This document shows positions 1 to 12,911 of a stretch of DNA of 64,000 nucleotides, piece by piece; position 1 is the first letter of the stretch; each line of letters begins with the position of its first letter. Source of the stretch: Octopus bimaculoides (taxonomy: Eukaryota); contig NC_068983.1 of assembly GCF_001194135.2 (NCBI RefSeq), positions 82,997,105-83,061,104 of the forward strand, given 5' to 3'. Position numbers and translations under genes: made by a program. The notes beneath the pieces were generated by a model. It searched no databases. It worked only from the letters and a program-made list of their open reading frames with translations, and was not told where the DNA came from.

Positions 1-460
1 ATGAATGCATGCATTTGTATATATGCATGTATATGTATATATATATATATGTATGTATATGTCTGTATGTATATGTATATATGCATGTATATGTATGTAT
101 ATATATGTATGTATGTATGTATGTATATGTATGTATATATATGAATACATGCATGTATATGTATGTATATGAATGTATCTATATATATATATGTATATGT
201 ATGTATCTATATATATATATATATATATGTATGTATATGTATGTATCTATATATATATGTATATATGCATGTATATGTATTTATGTATATGAGTATGTAT
301 ATGTATATATATATATATATATATACATGTACGTATATATATATGTATATATATGTATATATATGTGTATATATATATGTATGTAGATATATATGTATAT
401 TGATATAGATGTATGTATGTATATAGCTATATTTGTATATATGCATATATATATATATAT
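1..460. repeat. Compound (TA)n/(TATG)n microsatellite
   Basis: Nearly continuous atat/gtat units; source of the MYIY-type ORFs at 9-446. Confidence 0.95.
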
Positions 461-506
461 AAGGTGAGAGAAAGGGAAGGAGGTGTATGTGTGTATTAAT
501 CTCCTG

Positions 507-676
507 ACAACCGGTGTTGGTGTGTTTACGTTTCGGTAAACTAGCAGGTCGACAAAAGATTCCGATAGAATGAGTACGAGGCTTTAAAAAGATAAGTACT
601 GTAGTCGATTAGTGCGTCTTAATCCTTCTGGATAACCTTCTGGATCCTCAGCATGACCGCAATCCAATGACAGAAA
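507..676 (+). mobile_element. SINE type B, degenerate 3' half
   Basis: gacaaccggtgttggtgtgtttacg...gatagaatgagtac...cagcatgaccgcaatccaatgac matches the reverse complement of the 3' halves of the copies at 5868 and 12501. Confidence 0.7.
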
Positions 677-1056
677 AGCTGAACCGCTAAGTCACGTGTA
701 CGAAAGAAGACACCAAGAAATCATGCCGTATGTCACGTCGAGGCATCAAGGGTTTGAGTTCGGAAATCAAAGGTGATTTAGCACTCTAAAATAGGATCTT
801 GGTTATGCATATTAAAATACATAGAATTTCTATCCGTCTATCTTCTCTGCCCACTCCTTGTAGGGTCGTAGGAGTAGAGTCCTCAGAGATAGGTTTCTAT
901 TAGTAACAACTGTCTTTACACTTTTCGGTTGGATTGCCAAACGTCACCAACTAAGTCAATGGATATTATCCGACCCTGACAAGTAACGTTACTCCAGAGA
1001 CTCTTTTGTTATACATATTGGTTTGAAATTGATTTTAAATTTTGGCAAAAGACCCT

Positions 1057-1880
1057 TTAAATCAAGCAACTACACAGAAGATAAGGTCCTTCAACCATGT
1101 CGTGGTCGCTATTTTAAAAACAGTAGAGAGTTTATTGAAGAAAGATCTGGTTGTTACATTGGTATCAGCCTACAACATAGACCTTTAAAGTATAGATCCT
1201 CTAAATCAAGCAACTACATAGAAGTTAAGGTCCTTCAACTATGTCGTGATCCCTACTGTAAAAACAGTAGAGAGTTTGTTGAAGAAAGATCTGGTTGTCA
1301 CATTGGAATCAGCCCACAGCATAAACCCTTTAACTATTTCATATGGCCCTTATTTTAGTGACAGCAAGAAATCTTTTGTTGAAAGATACGATTAAGAAAA
1401 GCAAGCTGTTTACATAGACATTCTTATCAGATCCCTATTTCATAAACAGCTGTTTGTTGACGAGATTCGGTTGTTACATTGTGATCAACTTGCTTCATAT
1501 AAACTCCTTTAACTTTTCGATATGGCCCTTAATTTAAAGACATTAAAGACATTAAGGAGTTTGTTGGTGAAAGATGTACAGTTGTTACAATTTTTTCAAA
1601 CGTTTCATGTGTTCCCTATTTTAAAAATAGTGGGGAGTTTGTTGAAGAGAGATCTGGTTACTATTTTGAGATCAACCTGCTATGTAGCAGCTTCTTTAAC
1701 TATTCCCATGGGGCCCCTATTCTAAAGTCTGTCAGTTTTCTTGATGTGTCATCTGGTTATTACAAAGGATAACTACGGAATTCACATAAAAATTCATTTT
1801 TTCTGTCCTCTGTTGTCCCTATTTTAAAGATATTAAGGTGTTTGCTGATGAGATTTAGTTGTAATATGGAAGTTTTCTTA
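1057..1880. repeat. Degenerate tandem array, 8 units with core CCCTATTTTAAA..GAGTTTGTTGAAGAAAGATCTGGTTGTTACATT
   Basis: Cores near 1107, 1251, 1347, 1433, 1526, 1614, 1715 and 1817. The first two units form a 144-bp duplication, visible as a 48-aa repeat in ORF 1023-1358. Confidence 0.8.
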
Positions 1881-1935
1881 ACTGTTTAAGTAGACGAAGA
1901 AAATTTGCTATGTTGATCAGGTCATATGACTGCAT

Positions 1936-1985
<50 letters not shown>

Positions 1986-2929
1986 GATCCCTGATTTAAA
2001 AATAATCGACTGCGAATTTGTGGCAGATTTAACAGCTATATCGAGCAGTCAGCTTATCAGTCAGTGATAACAACATAACACCAAGACCAGCTGTAATAAG
2101 TAGTAACAAGACCCATCAGAACATCCCACTCTTCCCAACGCTAAGACTGTCGTCATTTCAACAAGGTATCATCACCACCATCATCATCATCATCATCATC
2201 AGTAGCAGCAGCATCATGTGACACATATGCTGCTGCCCTCTGACAAAAAAAAACTGTGTCAAACCAGAAACCGAACGGAAACATTTAAAAGGAAAGAAAA
2301 AAAAAATTTAATATAAAGATATAGAAATAATACCCACAATGCTTTGCTTTTTGTTATCCTCTTGTTCACCTTTCCCAGTTTTTAGAATCTGTCCCTTCTT
2401 CATCGTTTCACTTTCTCATTTTCCTTTTTGCTTTTGTTTTTGTTTTTTTTTACATTTTCATCTTATTAATCTTCTTTTTTACCTGGTCTTTTTTTATCAT
2501 CCCTTTCTCTCTTCTCATCTTTTTCTGTTTTAGCTCCTACTCCGACACCATCTTTCTCTATGCTCATNNNNNNNNNNNNNNNNNNNNNNNNNNNNNNNNN
2601 NNNNNNNNNNNNNNNNNNNNNNNNNNNNNNNNNNNNNNNNNNNNNNNNNNNNNNNNNNNNNNNNNNNNNNNNNNNNNNNNNNNNNNNNNNNNNNNNNNNN
2701 NNNNNNNNNNNNNNNNNNNNNNNNNNNNNNNNNNNNNNNNNNNNNNNNNNNNNNNNNNNNNNNNNNNNNNNNNNNNNNNNNNNNNNNNNNNNNNNNNNNN
2801 NNNNNNNNNNNNNNNNNNNNNNNNNNNNNNNNNNNNNNNNNNNNNNNNNNNNNNNNNNNNNNNNNNNNNNNNNNNNNNNNNNNNNNNNNNNNNNNNNNNN
2901 NNNNNNNNNNNNNNNNNNNNNNNATATAT

Positions 2930-3002
2930 ATGGGGGGGGGTCTCACTGCATCCATCTTTACGCCAGTTATCACTAGTGTTACTACTACCACAACTACTAC
3001 TA

Positions 3003-3039
<37 letters not shown>

Positions 3040-3136
3040 AAGCCGAACTACCATCATCATTGTCAAATCCGTCACCACCAACACCATCATCAATATCGCC
3101 ACTATCACACTTATTAATACCATCACCATCAGCTAT

Positions 3137-3167
<31 letters not shown>

Positions 3168-3225
3168 CCATCACTGCTACAGCTATTATTGACACAACCA
3201 CCACCACCATTACTATTACAAGCTA
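2930..3225. repeat. (ACT)n/(ACC)n/(AAC)n trinucleotide block
   Basis: Direct reading; produces poly-T/L/S/V ORFs. Confidence 0.9.
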
Positions 3226-3662
3226 ACAAGGAAGACTGTGGTGTCGCACAACTTTCTAGAAATAGCCCCCAAATCTTCCTCAATTCACGCTCTGCCGCAT
3301 TAGAAAAAAGAAACACGTTAGATATTTTATTTTGCTCCTGAAATCCTAGCACATAGCAAAATCAGACGTGATGGTCATAGGTTGAATATCTTAAATCGTA
3401 GATCAGATACAACTACAGTTACTAGTATTTCTGGTACCTTCGTCAAGAACATTAACGCCACGACCTCCATAGTCAGAATCTGTACCTCCTCATGGCACCT
3501 ATTCACAGTTAGGTGGACTGTAACTCCGCATGGTATAAATGTTACACCTGTTTTTGACGTGCACGCACATAGTCATCGATATCACGCTCTCTTTCCTTCT
3601 CCCTCTCTCCCTCTCTCTCTCTCTCTCTCTTCCTTCAAATACTATGCACATATGTCTCTCTC

Positions 3663-3718
<56 letters not shown>

Positions 3719-4165
3719 NNNNNNNNNNNNNNNNNNNNNNNNNNNNNNNNNNNNNNNNNNNNNNNNNNNNNNNNNNNNNNNNNNNNNNNNNNNNNNNNNN
3801 NNNNNNNNNNNNNNNNNNNNNNNNNNNNNNNNNNNNNNNNNNNNNNNNNNNNNNNNNNNNNNNNNNNNNNNNNNNNNNNNNNNNNNNNNNNNNNNNNNNN
3901 NNNNNNNNNNNNNNNNNNNNNNNNNNNNNNNNNNNNNNNNNNNNNNNNNNNNNNNNNNNNNNNNNNNNNNNNNNNNNNNNNNNNNNNNNNNNNNNNNNNN
4001 NNNNNNNNNNNNNNNNNNNNNNNNNNNNNNNNNNNNNNNNNNNNNNNNNNNNNNNNNNNNNNACATACGCACGCACACACTCACACATGCACACACTCAC
4101 ACACATACATAAACACGCAGTCACACACGGAACACACACACACTCACACACTCACACACACAAAT

Positions 4166-4396
4166 GGCGGCGAGCTGGCAGAAACGTTAGCACGCCGGAC
4201 GAAATGCTTAGCGGTATTTCGTCTGCCGCTACGTTCTGAGTTCAAATTCCGCCGAGGTCAACTTTGCCTTTCATCCTTTCGGGGTCGATTAAATAAGTAC
4301 CAGTTACGCACTGGAGTCGGTATAATCGACTTAATCCGTTTGTCTGTCCTTGTTTGTCCCTTCTGTGTGTAGCCCCTTGTGGGTAGTAAAGAAATA
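4166..4396 (+). mobile_element. tRNA-derived SINE type A, full length, tail variant A2
   Basis: Head ggcggcgagctggcagaaacgttag (A-box-like) and gagttcaaattcc (B-box-like), core ggggtcgattaaataagtaccagt, tail ending gtagtaaagaaata. Many homologues in the window. Confidence 0.9.
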
Positions 4397-5146
4397 ACAC
4401 ACTCACACACACGCTCAAACACACACACACAAACACGCACACGCACACGCATTCACTCGCACTCATACACACACACACACACCTTTTCCAATATGACGAT
4501 GTTATTGGAGAGTGACTAAGATACATGCGTACTATGATCCCACGTCTCTGTCGCTCATTACGGAAGTCAGGTGACGGGGCATGCAGAGACGGAAGTGGAT
4601 TATACACAAATGTTAATTTTGGCAGATCTCAGAGATAAAACTTGTGAAAACACCTGAAACACTACTGCTGATTAAAATTACCTCAAGTAAATGTGTGTGT
4701 ATGTATATAGGTGTATGTGCGCAAGTAAACCAGGATCTGTTAAACGGATGAACAAGCTATCCCTAGAGGCTTTTACTACAAAAATGAAATATACATTCTA
4801 CATAATTGCGCATTTAGCCCTTATTTCAACTAGGATTTCTACTAAGCTCCCACACACATATACAGACACACACACAAACACACATACACACACACACACA
4901 TATAAACATAAAAGTGATACCGGATGAACCAAATGTTATGTAATGAACTTCATTAGCATACAGTTGTTTCTGCGATATGATGTACTGGACTCTTAGTTGA
5001 GTGCCAGGATAACACCCTATAGCTCCATCAGAGCCTTGAATATGAACTGCACTTTATTTGGGAAAGTTACGTTTTCAGAACATACAGGTGTTTTATATAT
5101 ATATATATGCATACATACATACACAATACATAAATATGCACACACA

Positions 5147-5190
<44 letters not shown>

Positions 5191-5867
5191 CACATGCATA
5201 TATAACAACATATATATACACACATATATATATACATATATGTATAAATATATACATACATATATGCATTTATATATACATGTATATATGTATATATACA
5301 AAAATATAAACATATATATATATATATGTATATACATGTATATATATATGTATATACATNNNNNNNNNNNNNNNNNNNNNNNNNNNNNNNNNNNNNNNNN
5401 NNNNNNNNNNNNNNNNNNNNNNNNNNNNNNNNNNNNNNNNNNNNNNNNNNNNNNNNNNNTATATATATATGTGTATGTATGTATATACCTGTAATCTCTG
5501 TGTCAGTTGGTATTATTTTCAGAGAAAACCATATTAACTGATATGAAAGCCATATGCCTGATGCCAATTGTAGCAGAAATGTGTTGAAGTAGTTATAACA
5601 ATTCATACCTTACTTCTGAAATGGTGGCATATTTAAGGAAACTTACACATTTCGAGATTTAAATATATATACAGATTACAGCTGTCACACACACATACAT
5701 AGACGCTCACACACACATAGATATATATGTGTATGTAGGTAAGTATGTATGTATGTAAGTATGTATGTATGTAAGTATGTATGTATGTATGTGTACGTGT
5801 ATATATTTATATAGGTGTGTGTATAGATAGAGAGATAGGTAAATGTACATTGTTTTTTATACTTTTG

Positions 5868-6216
5868 TTCTTTTATTTGTTTCAGTCATTTGACTGCGGC
5901 CATGCTGGAGAACTGCCTTTAGTCGAACAAATCGATCCTAGTACGTATTCTATCAGTGTCTTTTGCCGAAACGCTAAGTTACGGGAATGTTAACACACCA
6001 ACGTCGGTTGTCAAGCGAAGGTGTGGGGGGACAAACATACAAACATATACAAATATATATACATATATACGACGGGCTTCTTTCAGTTTCCGTCTACCAA
6101 ATCCACTCACAAGGTTTTGGTCGTCCCGAGGCTATAGTAGAAGACACTTGCACAAGGTGCCACATAGTGGAACTGAACTCAGGCAAGCTACTTACCACAC
6201 AGCAACTCCTGTGCCT
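5868..6216 (-). mobile_element. tRNA-derived SINE type B, full length, with internal microsatellite
   Basis: Reverse complement reads ggcacaggagttgctgtgtggtaagtag...ggcaccttgtgcaagtgtcttctactatagc, then a TA/TG tract, then ...gaaacaaataaaa. Homologous to 12501-12911. Confidence 0.9.
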
Positions 6217-6239
6217 ATATACAAATATAATACATATTC

Positions 6240-6452
6240 TTTTCTACTCTAGACACAAGGCCAGAAATTTGCGGGGTGGGGGACAGTCAATTTGATCGAC
6301 TCCAGTATGCAACTGGCACTTAATGTACCCACCCTGAAGGGATGAAATGTAAAGTCGACCTCGGTGGAATTTGAACTCAAAACGTAAAGTCAGACGAAAT
6401 ACCGCTAAGCATTTCGCCCGGCGTGCTAACGTTTCTGCCAGCTCGCCGCCTT
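6240..6452 (-). mobile_element. SINE type A, tail variant A1
   Basis: Ends gtttctgccagctcgccgcc (reverse complement of the head). Possible 13-bp TSD tataatacatatt/tatattacgtatt with 2 mismatches. Confidence 0.9.
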
Positions 6453-7516
6453 ATATATATTACGTATTATATAAGACATGTGTCCATATGTATATATCAA
6501 ATATGCATATATATATGTGTGTATATGAAAACGCTCATACACACACATGCACACACTCATAAATAAGTAAATATACATGCACAAATATATAACTATGTAT
6601 GTTAAGTACATATGTGTATCATGGGTGACTTTTTATAATTATTTGCGTGTGCTTGTATGCATCGTATACATATTTATCAGCCACGACTATTAAACTAGTT
6701 TTAAATAGGGAGCATTTATCATCAGCAAAGTGGTTGCTCCTTGTCACAATAACCACCAGGATACCTATATATGTGTCTCAGTCACATAAATAACTGAAAT
6801 GTAGATTCAAACTCCAAGATAATCTAACGTTGTTTACAGTAAAGTTTTAACAACTTGTGTGACGCCATTGGTGCTAACATATATCCGAATTTGCTCTTTT
6901 CTGACATGACATCAGTACTGTGAAAGAGTTTTATCTGCTACGGGAACAACAGCTGGTTTAACACATCACACTGACCCAGTTATATTCTTTGGAGAGGATA
7001 TTTCAGCTTTACTTATCAACATCGAAACAACATTGAAACCTAACCAGAAGTTGTTTTTTGTTGTTGTTTTCAGCCAAAAAAATAAAACAAAGAAAAAAAA
7101 AGCTGCTGGGATAATAGACAAACCTATATCCAAGAAATACAGAGGCTCCTTTAGTACTTTAGGAAGAATTTGCACAACGTAGATGAGCATGTGCCACGAA
7201 AAATAATTGATAGCGATAGAAGCAGTATTAATATGATTTTCATTTGTTAACGCTATACATACGAGTGCGTTTTATGTACCAAGAGTCCATATGAGAGCCC
7301 CTCTCAAGGCACATAACGTAGTATTCTGGGTTCTAACACAACATCCAAATTAAGTTCGAAGTAGATTGTTGTTTAGGAACGAAATTTAGTCGATTTCATG
7401 GTTCAAATGGACATTTTAACAAATCATTAAATAATTAGCATAAAGCAAAAAGTTTACAAATGAGTCTTAAGTTTATAGTAGCCAAGTCTATGATTATAGA
7501 TTTTCTTTAAATAACG

Positions 7517-7729
7517 GTTTCAAATTTTGACACATGACCAGCAATTTTAAAGCGGGGAGGGTTAGTCGATGACGTCGGCCTCAGTACTGGACAGGTACTT
7601 ATAGCATCGACACCGAAAGGATGAAAGGAAATCGACCTCCACTGAATTTGACCTCAGAACGTATAGAAGGACGAAATGCTGCCAAGTATATTGCCTGTCG
7701 TGATAAAATATTCTAGCAGCTCGCCGCCT
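7517..7729 (-). mobile_element. SINE type A, diverged, with 12-bp TSD
   Basis: Homology to type A; ctttaaataacg at 7505-7516 and 7736-7747. Confidence 0.85.
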
Positions 7730-8171
7730 AATCCACTTTAAATAACGAAAGATAATTCATTTGGTTTACAATGTCTTGAAAGTGTAAATAATTGTTAAAT
7801 TGTAAAGAATTTCTAAGTCATTTCTTCTAAACGTTTGCAGTATATTTTTCGTTTTTTTTTTCTGTTATATCTTATCGTTTTAACGTAAGCAATATAATAT
7901 ATTAAACACAAGCTCTTCCACTCTTATCATTGGTCTGTCTAAAGCAAGATTAACTGCTTCATACTATCTAATATGGCATCTCTTTACATCATCAGTAACA
8001 TAGGAAATTGATAAGGCTGTGTAGCTTTGCTGCTGTGGTTTAAGTCTACGTTTCCTGGTATGTTCCCTATTCTTAAAGCATGTCCAGTCAGGATTACTGT
8101 TGCTGAGAATGCCTTTTTTTTGGGGGGGGGGGGGTGCATCGAGCTGTACCGATATAATGTAGGGTAAATAT

Positions 8172-8631
8172 ATTAATAATAACAATAATCCTTGGATAGA
8201 ATTTATAAACATTTAATGCTTCGCTAAGCATGTTTCCACAAATCACATGTCTCTTAAGATCATTGTCCGTATTCCTGAGATGATTACAGTGTAGTCCGTA
8301 GTACCCGTGGCCATCGGGCTGATGATCTTCATAGATTCATTTCTTCAGGCGATATAACATCAATCGATGTTTAACAGAGGGATGTTTATCATTTCGCACT
8401 GATCAAAAGGGATCAGCCTCTTTCTGTTAAACATCCACTAATGTTATATCGCCTGAAGAAATGAATCCATGAAGATGATCAAGCCAATGCCCACGGATAC
8501 TACGGACTACATTGTAATTATACCAAGAATAGGGGCCGTGATCATAAGAGACATGTGATGTGTGGAAACGCGTGTAGCGATGAATTAAATGTTTATAAAT
8601 TCCATCCAAATATAATTGGTTGTTATTATTA
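8172..8631. repeat. Long imperfect inverted repeat (fold-back), arms ~205 bp, loop ~40-45 nt
   Basis: Example: ttcatagattcatttcttcaggcgatataacat (left) pairs with atgttatatcgcctgaagaaatgaatccatgaa (right). Pairing continues out to taataataaca/tgttattatta. Confidence 0.92.
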
Positions 8632-8772
8632 CTGTATATATACAATGGACTGGAGTTTATTTGGCAAAACAAAACCATCCCGAAATACAATATCTGTTTC
8701 AACATACGACTTCAAATCAGGAATCTTGCGATCAACGGAGCAGCCTAGATAACTACAAAAAGAATATATACA

Positions 8773-9075
8773 GGAAGGCACGTGGCTTAGTGGTTAGGGT
8801 ATTCGGCTCACGATCGTAGGGTCGTGTGTTCGATTCCCGGCGACGCATTGTGTCCTTGAACAAGACAATCTATTTCACGTTGCTCCAATCCACCCAGCTG
8901 GCAAAAATGAGTTGTACCTGAATTTCAAAGGGCCAGCCTTGTCATACTCTATGTCACGCTGAATCTCCTTGAGAACTACGTTAAGGGCACACGTGTCTGT
9001 GGCATAATCAGCCACTTGCACGTTAATTTCACGTATCAGCTGGGACCCACGTCGTCGTAACCGACGGAAAGCTCC
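8773..9075 (+). mobile_element. tRNA-derived SINE type C
   Basis: gtggcttagtggttagg (A-box) and gttcgattccc (B-box), then tgtgtccttgaacaagac..atttcacgttgctcc. Second copy at 19541. Confidence 0.8.
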
Positions 9076-12060
9076 TTTAGTTGTCTAAGGTTTGTTTCTC
9101 AACATAGCTGCTGAACTATTGTTATTACGAAGCTTTGCATGGTCTGCCGTTCTGTTATGGAAGCACATGTGCCCATTGATATCGATCGAAATCGCTAATT
9201 CATTTCAAATTAATGACGTATGCACAGGTATTTACAATGGAACTGCTTCACTGTTTAGTCAGAAAAGTGAAGACACAAGTGCGTATGTCGACGCTGGTAA
9301 AGTAAACAGGCAGCAGCGCCATTTGACTCATCCAAAATATGTTGCAGTAGATATATCTGTAAACGAATTGGATGCTTTAGCTCAATAATCTAAAAGCTAA
9401 AGCCATAGACAAATCTTTTGATGTCAACCTGCCTGGATTTACACGGTTGTTGAAAAAGGCAGATTGTCAGGTTGTGTATCGACGTTCAAATCACTGAGTA
9501 CTAGAAATATAAGAACATGTAGCAATTGCTGAAAAAAAAAAGGTATTTTATGCATTCTACATCTAGGAAACTAATATAAAACAAGATATCATAATTAAAC
9601 TTTTGGAGCCAAATTTATAACCGGAAGTATAAGCCCTCTCAACATCTTTTTTTATATTTTACAAACGATCAGTGACTCTATTTTTCCATGTGTGTGTTTT
9701 TAACTCGTGAAGTAGTATAAGTTTCATGTGTTTAGATTCACGAAAACACGAGAAGTTTATACAGAGCAACATTTGTATAGCGTCTAAGATGCTGAGACGT
9801 AATTGATTTCTACCAATATATCAGCTATGGAAAATTTATGCTAAAACATGAACGAGTTCATTGAAATTTCACTCTCGCAAAAACTGTCGTTACTTCATAA
9901 ATATATGCACAATACTAATGAAATTTTATTCATGTAGGAAACAACCCACTTATTGAAAGTAAAATAATATACATTGAATGTTTATCGGTTTTACTGTTTT
10001 ATTTTTAAAGCTTGTAATAAATTATGGTTCATCAATGCTTGTGAATTAACTAACGAAAATGTATTATTAAAAGTTATTACACATTAAAATTTACGAGTTC
10101 TAAACATACTTGGGTAACAGGGCTAATAAATAGGCTGTATTACGATATGCAATAAATTTAGTTTAGTTGCAAGAAATGTTATGTTCGAATCAAAGTGTTA
10201 TTTATTAAAAATATTAATAATAACGAAACATTTGGTTAATTAAAGATGCAAGAGAAGGGTGAAAATATCATGCCATAAATATCATTGATACTTACAGATA
10301 TCCACAAATCATTTTTATCTATATATCTTTGATACCTTCAGCTGAAGATTACAGTAAAGCACCTAAACATTTGGTATATTATTCAATTATTGAGACATAA
10401 TTGCGGATGATTTTGATTTTCAAGCATGCGATGAAACTGGGAATTTGAAACGATTTTGTATGTTTATTAAAATACATTATACTTTGAACGTTGCAAAAAA
10501 AAAATTAAACAGTACTTGGTTATGCTCTACGAGAAAATAAACATGTTACGTGGATGTATTAAGTCAAAACACGTGATATGACAATTGCATCTGTAACTTT
10601 CAATGATGACTATTTTTTCAAATATTTTCTTGCAAAACTGTGGAACTGAGCAATTTATTTTAATATACAGCAAAATGATTTTCTGTCTGCATCTGGAAAC
10701 GTTCTAAAGAATAAATTATTTATATTTATGGAGGGAACTTGAGCGTGTATCGTACGTGCACATGTTCACTCGCGTCTTTATGTTCGGCTGAGACTATTAG
10801 TGCGTGTATGAGAGTATGCACAGAGTTCTTCGTCTGACTACCTAGTTAAACAGATATAGCATTAATTTACTGATGGAGAGTGAGTGAGTTGTTTCGTGAC
10901 AAGTACAATGTATGAGAAAAGAGGACACTAAAATTTCAGCAAAACAAACAACGTCATTCTATCTACATAGTAAAAACTCAACAGTATTTTTTTCTCCGTA
11001 TGCATTTTATAACCAGCAACAAATTAATATTTTTAGTTCCAATACATATTAATTATTCCTCTATCATCATAACATTTGTTTCTTGGAGTTGTATGTTTTT
11101 ACTTATTACATATATACATATATATTGTTTGCTAACCTTAAATTTACTTGTATCAATATTTTTTATTTCATTTTGTGAAATATCTCAATGATAGAAATAT
11201 TAAAGTTTTGTTCATTAGCATAGTAATAGAATACATTTTTATGACGTTGGAGCTCGAAAAACTTCAGCTCTAGATAGTGTTTTATGTTTGAATATTTATT
11301 ACCTATTCGCTAATGTTCTGACAGGTAAGTATTCATATTTACTTATATACTCAAATGAATATTCACTCACGTTAATACACACAGACACACATATACACAT
11401 ACACACGTATATGCGTATGAGTGTATCTGGAATTGTTATAACGTATATATATATATATATATATATATATNNNNNNNNNNNNNNNNNNNNNNNNNNNNNN
11501 NNNNNNNNNNNNNNNNNNNNNNNNNNNNNNNNNNNNNNNNNNNNNNNNNNNNNNNNNNNNNNNNNNNNNNNNNNNNNNNNNNNNNNNNNNNNNNNNNNNN
11601 NNNNNNNNNNNNNNNNNNNNNNNNNNNNNNNNNNNNNNNNNNNNNNNNNNNNNNNNNNNNNNNNNNNNNNNNNNNNNNNNNNNNNNNNNNNNNNNNNNNN
11701 NNNNNNNNNNNNNNNNNNNNNNNNNNNNNNNNNNNNNNNNNNNNNNNNNNNNNNNNNNNNNNNNNNNNNNNNNNNNNNNNNNNNNNNNNNNNNNNNNNNN
11801 NNNNNNNNNNNNNNNNNNNNNNNNNNNNNNNNNNNNNNNNNNNNNNNNNNNNNNNNNNNNNNNNNNNNNNNNNNNNNNNNNNNNNNNNNNNNNNNNNNNN
11901 NNNNNNNNNNNNNNNNNNNNNNNNNNNNNNNNNNNNNNNNNNNNNNNNNNNNNNNNNNNNNNNNNNNNNNNNNNNNNNNNNNNNNNNNNNNNNNNNNNNN
12001 NNNNNNNNNNNNNNNNNNNNNNNNNNNNNNNNNNNNNNNNNNNNATATATATATATATAT

Positions 12061-12198
12061 ATAACACGAGAATGGAAGTCAACAAGATTTAATGGTAGAT
12101 CACCACGTACGATTTTGCACTCCACATCAGCTTTAAGTTTCATATTCATATAACAATGATCTACCATTAAAGCCTGTTGACTTCCGTGCTGGTGTTAT
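12061..12198. mobile_element. Putative MITE, ~140 bp, with ~42-bp terminal inverted repeats and TA flanks
   Basis: ataacacgagaatggaagtcaacaagatttaatggtagatca vs tgatctaccattaaagcctgttgacttccgtgctggtgttat; sits in a TA context. Confidence 0.7.
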
Positions 12199-12393
12199 AT
12201 AATTATTATTATATTAATCCTCTGCAGAAAGAAGTTACGCATGTATACCCATACCCGTAGGAACGCCGAGACATTATGACGTGTTGCCAAATAAAAGCAT
12301 AGGAGATTGGAGCTCTTAAGCGCGCGTTACGAAGTTTTTACCCAAACAAACGAAACATATACAATATGTGTGTGTGTGTGTATTGTATGTGCG

Positions 12394-12464
<71 letters not shown>

Positions 12465-12500
12465 GTATGTATATATATATGTATATATATATATCTCTTA

Positions 12501-12709
12501 TACTCTTTTACTTGTTTCAGTCTTTTGACTGTGGCCATGCTGGAGCACCGCCTTTGGTCGAGCAAATCGACCCCAGAACTTATTCTTGAGAAGCCTAGTA
12601 CTTATTCTATCGGTCTCTTTTGCCGAACCGCTAAGTTACGGGGACATAAACATACCAGCATCGGTTGTCAAGTGATGTTGGGGGGACAAACACAGACACG
12701 CAAACACAT

Positions 12710-12740
<31 letters not shown>

Positions 12741-12911
12741 CATATATACGACGGGCTTCTGTCAGTTTCCGTCTACCAAATCCACTAACAAGGCTTTGGT
12801 CGGCCCGAGGCTATAGTAGAAGATACTTGCACAAGATGCCACGCAGTGGGACTGAACCCGGGACCATGTGGTTGGTAGGCAAGCTACATACCACACAGCC
12901 ACTCCTACTCC
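12501..12911 (-). mobile_element. SINE type B, full length, well conserved
   Basis: Reverse-complement head ggagtggctgtgtggtatgtagcttgcctaccaaccacatggtcccgggttcagtccc (A and B boxes), internal (TA)/(TG) tract, complete 3' half. Confidence 0.92.

Noticed and set aside
1057-1880. CRISPR-like array
   Set aside because: The repeats are far from identical, the spacers are homologous to one another, there are no cas genes and the context is eukaryotic.
4166-4255. tRNA genes at SINE heads (also 8780-8840 and 12850-12910)
   Set aside because: They have A/B boxes but no complete cloverleaf and continue into SINE bodies present in many diverged copies.
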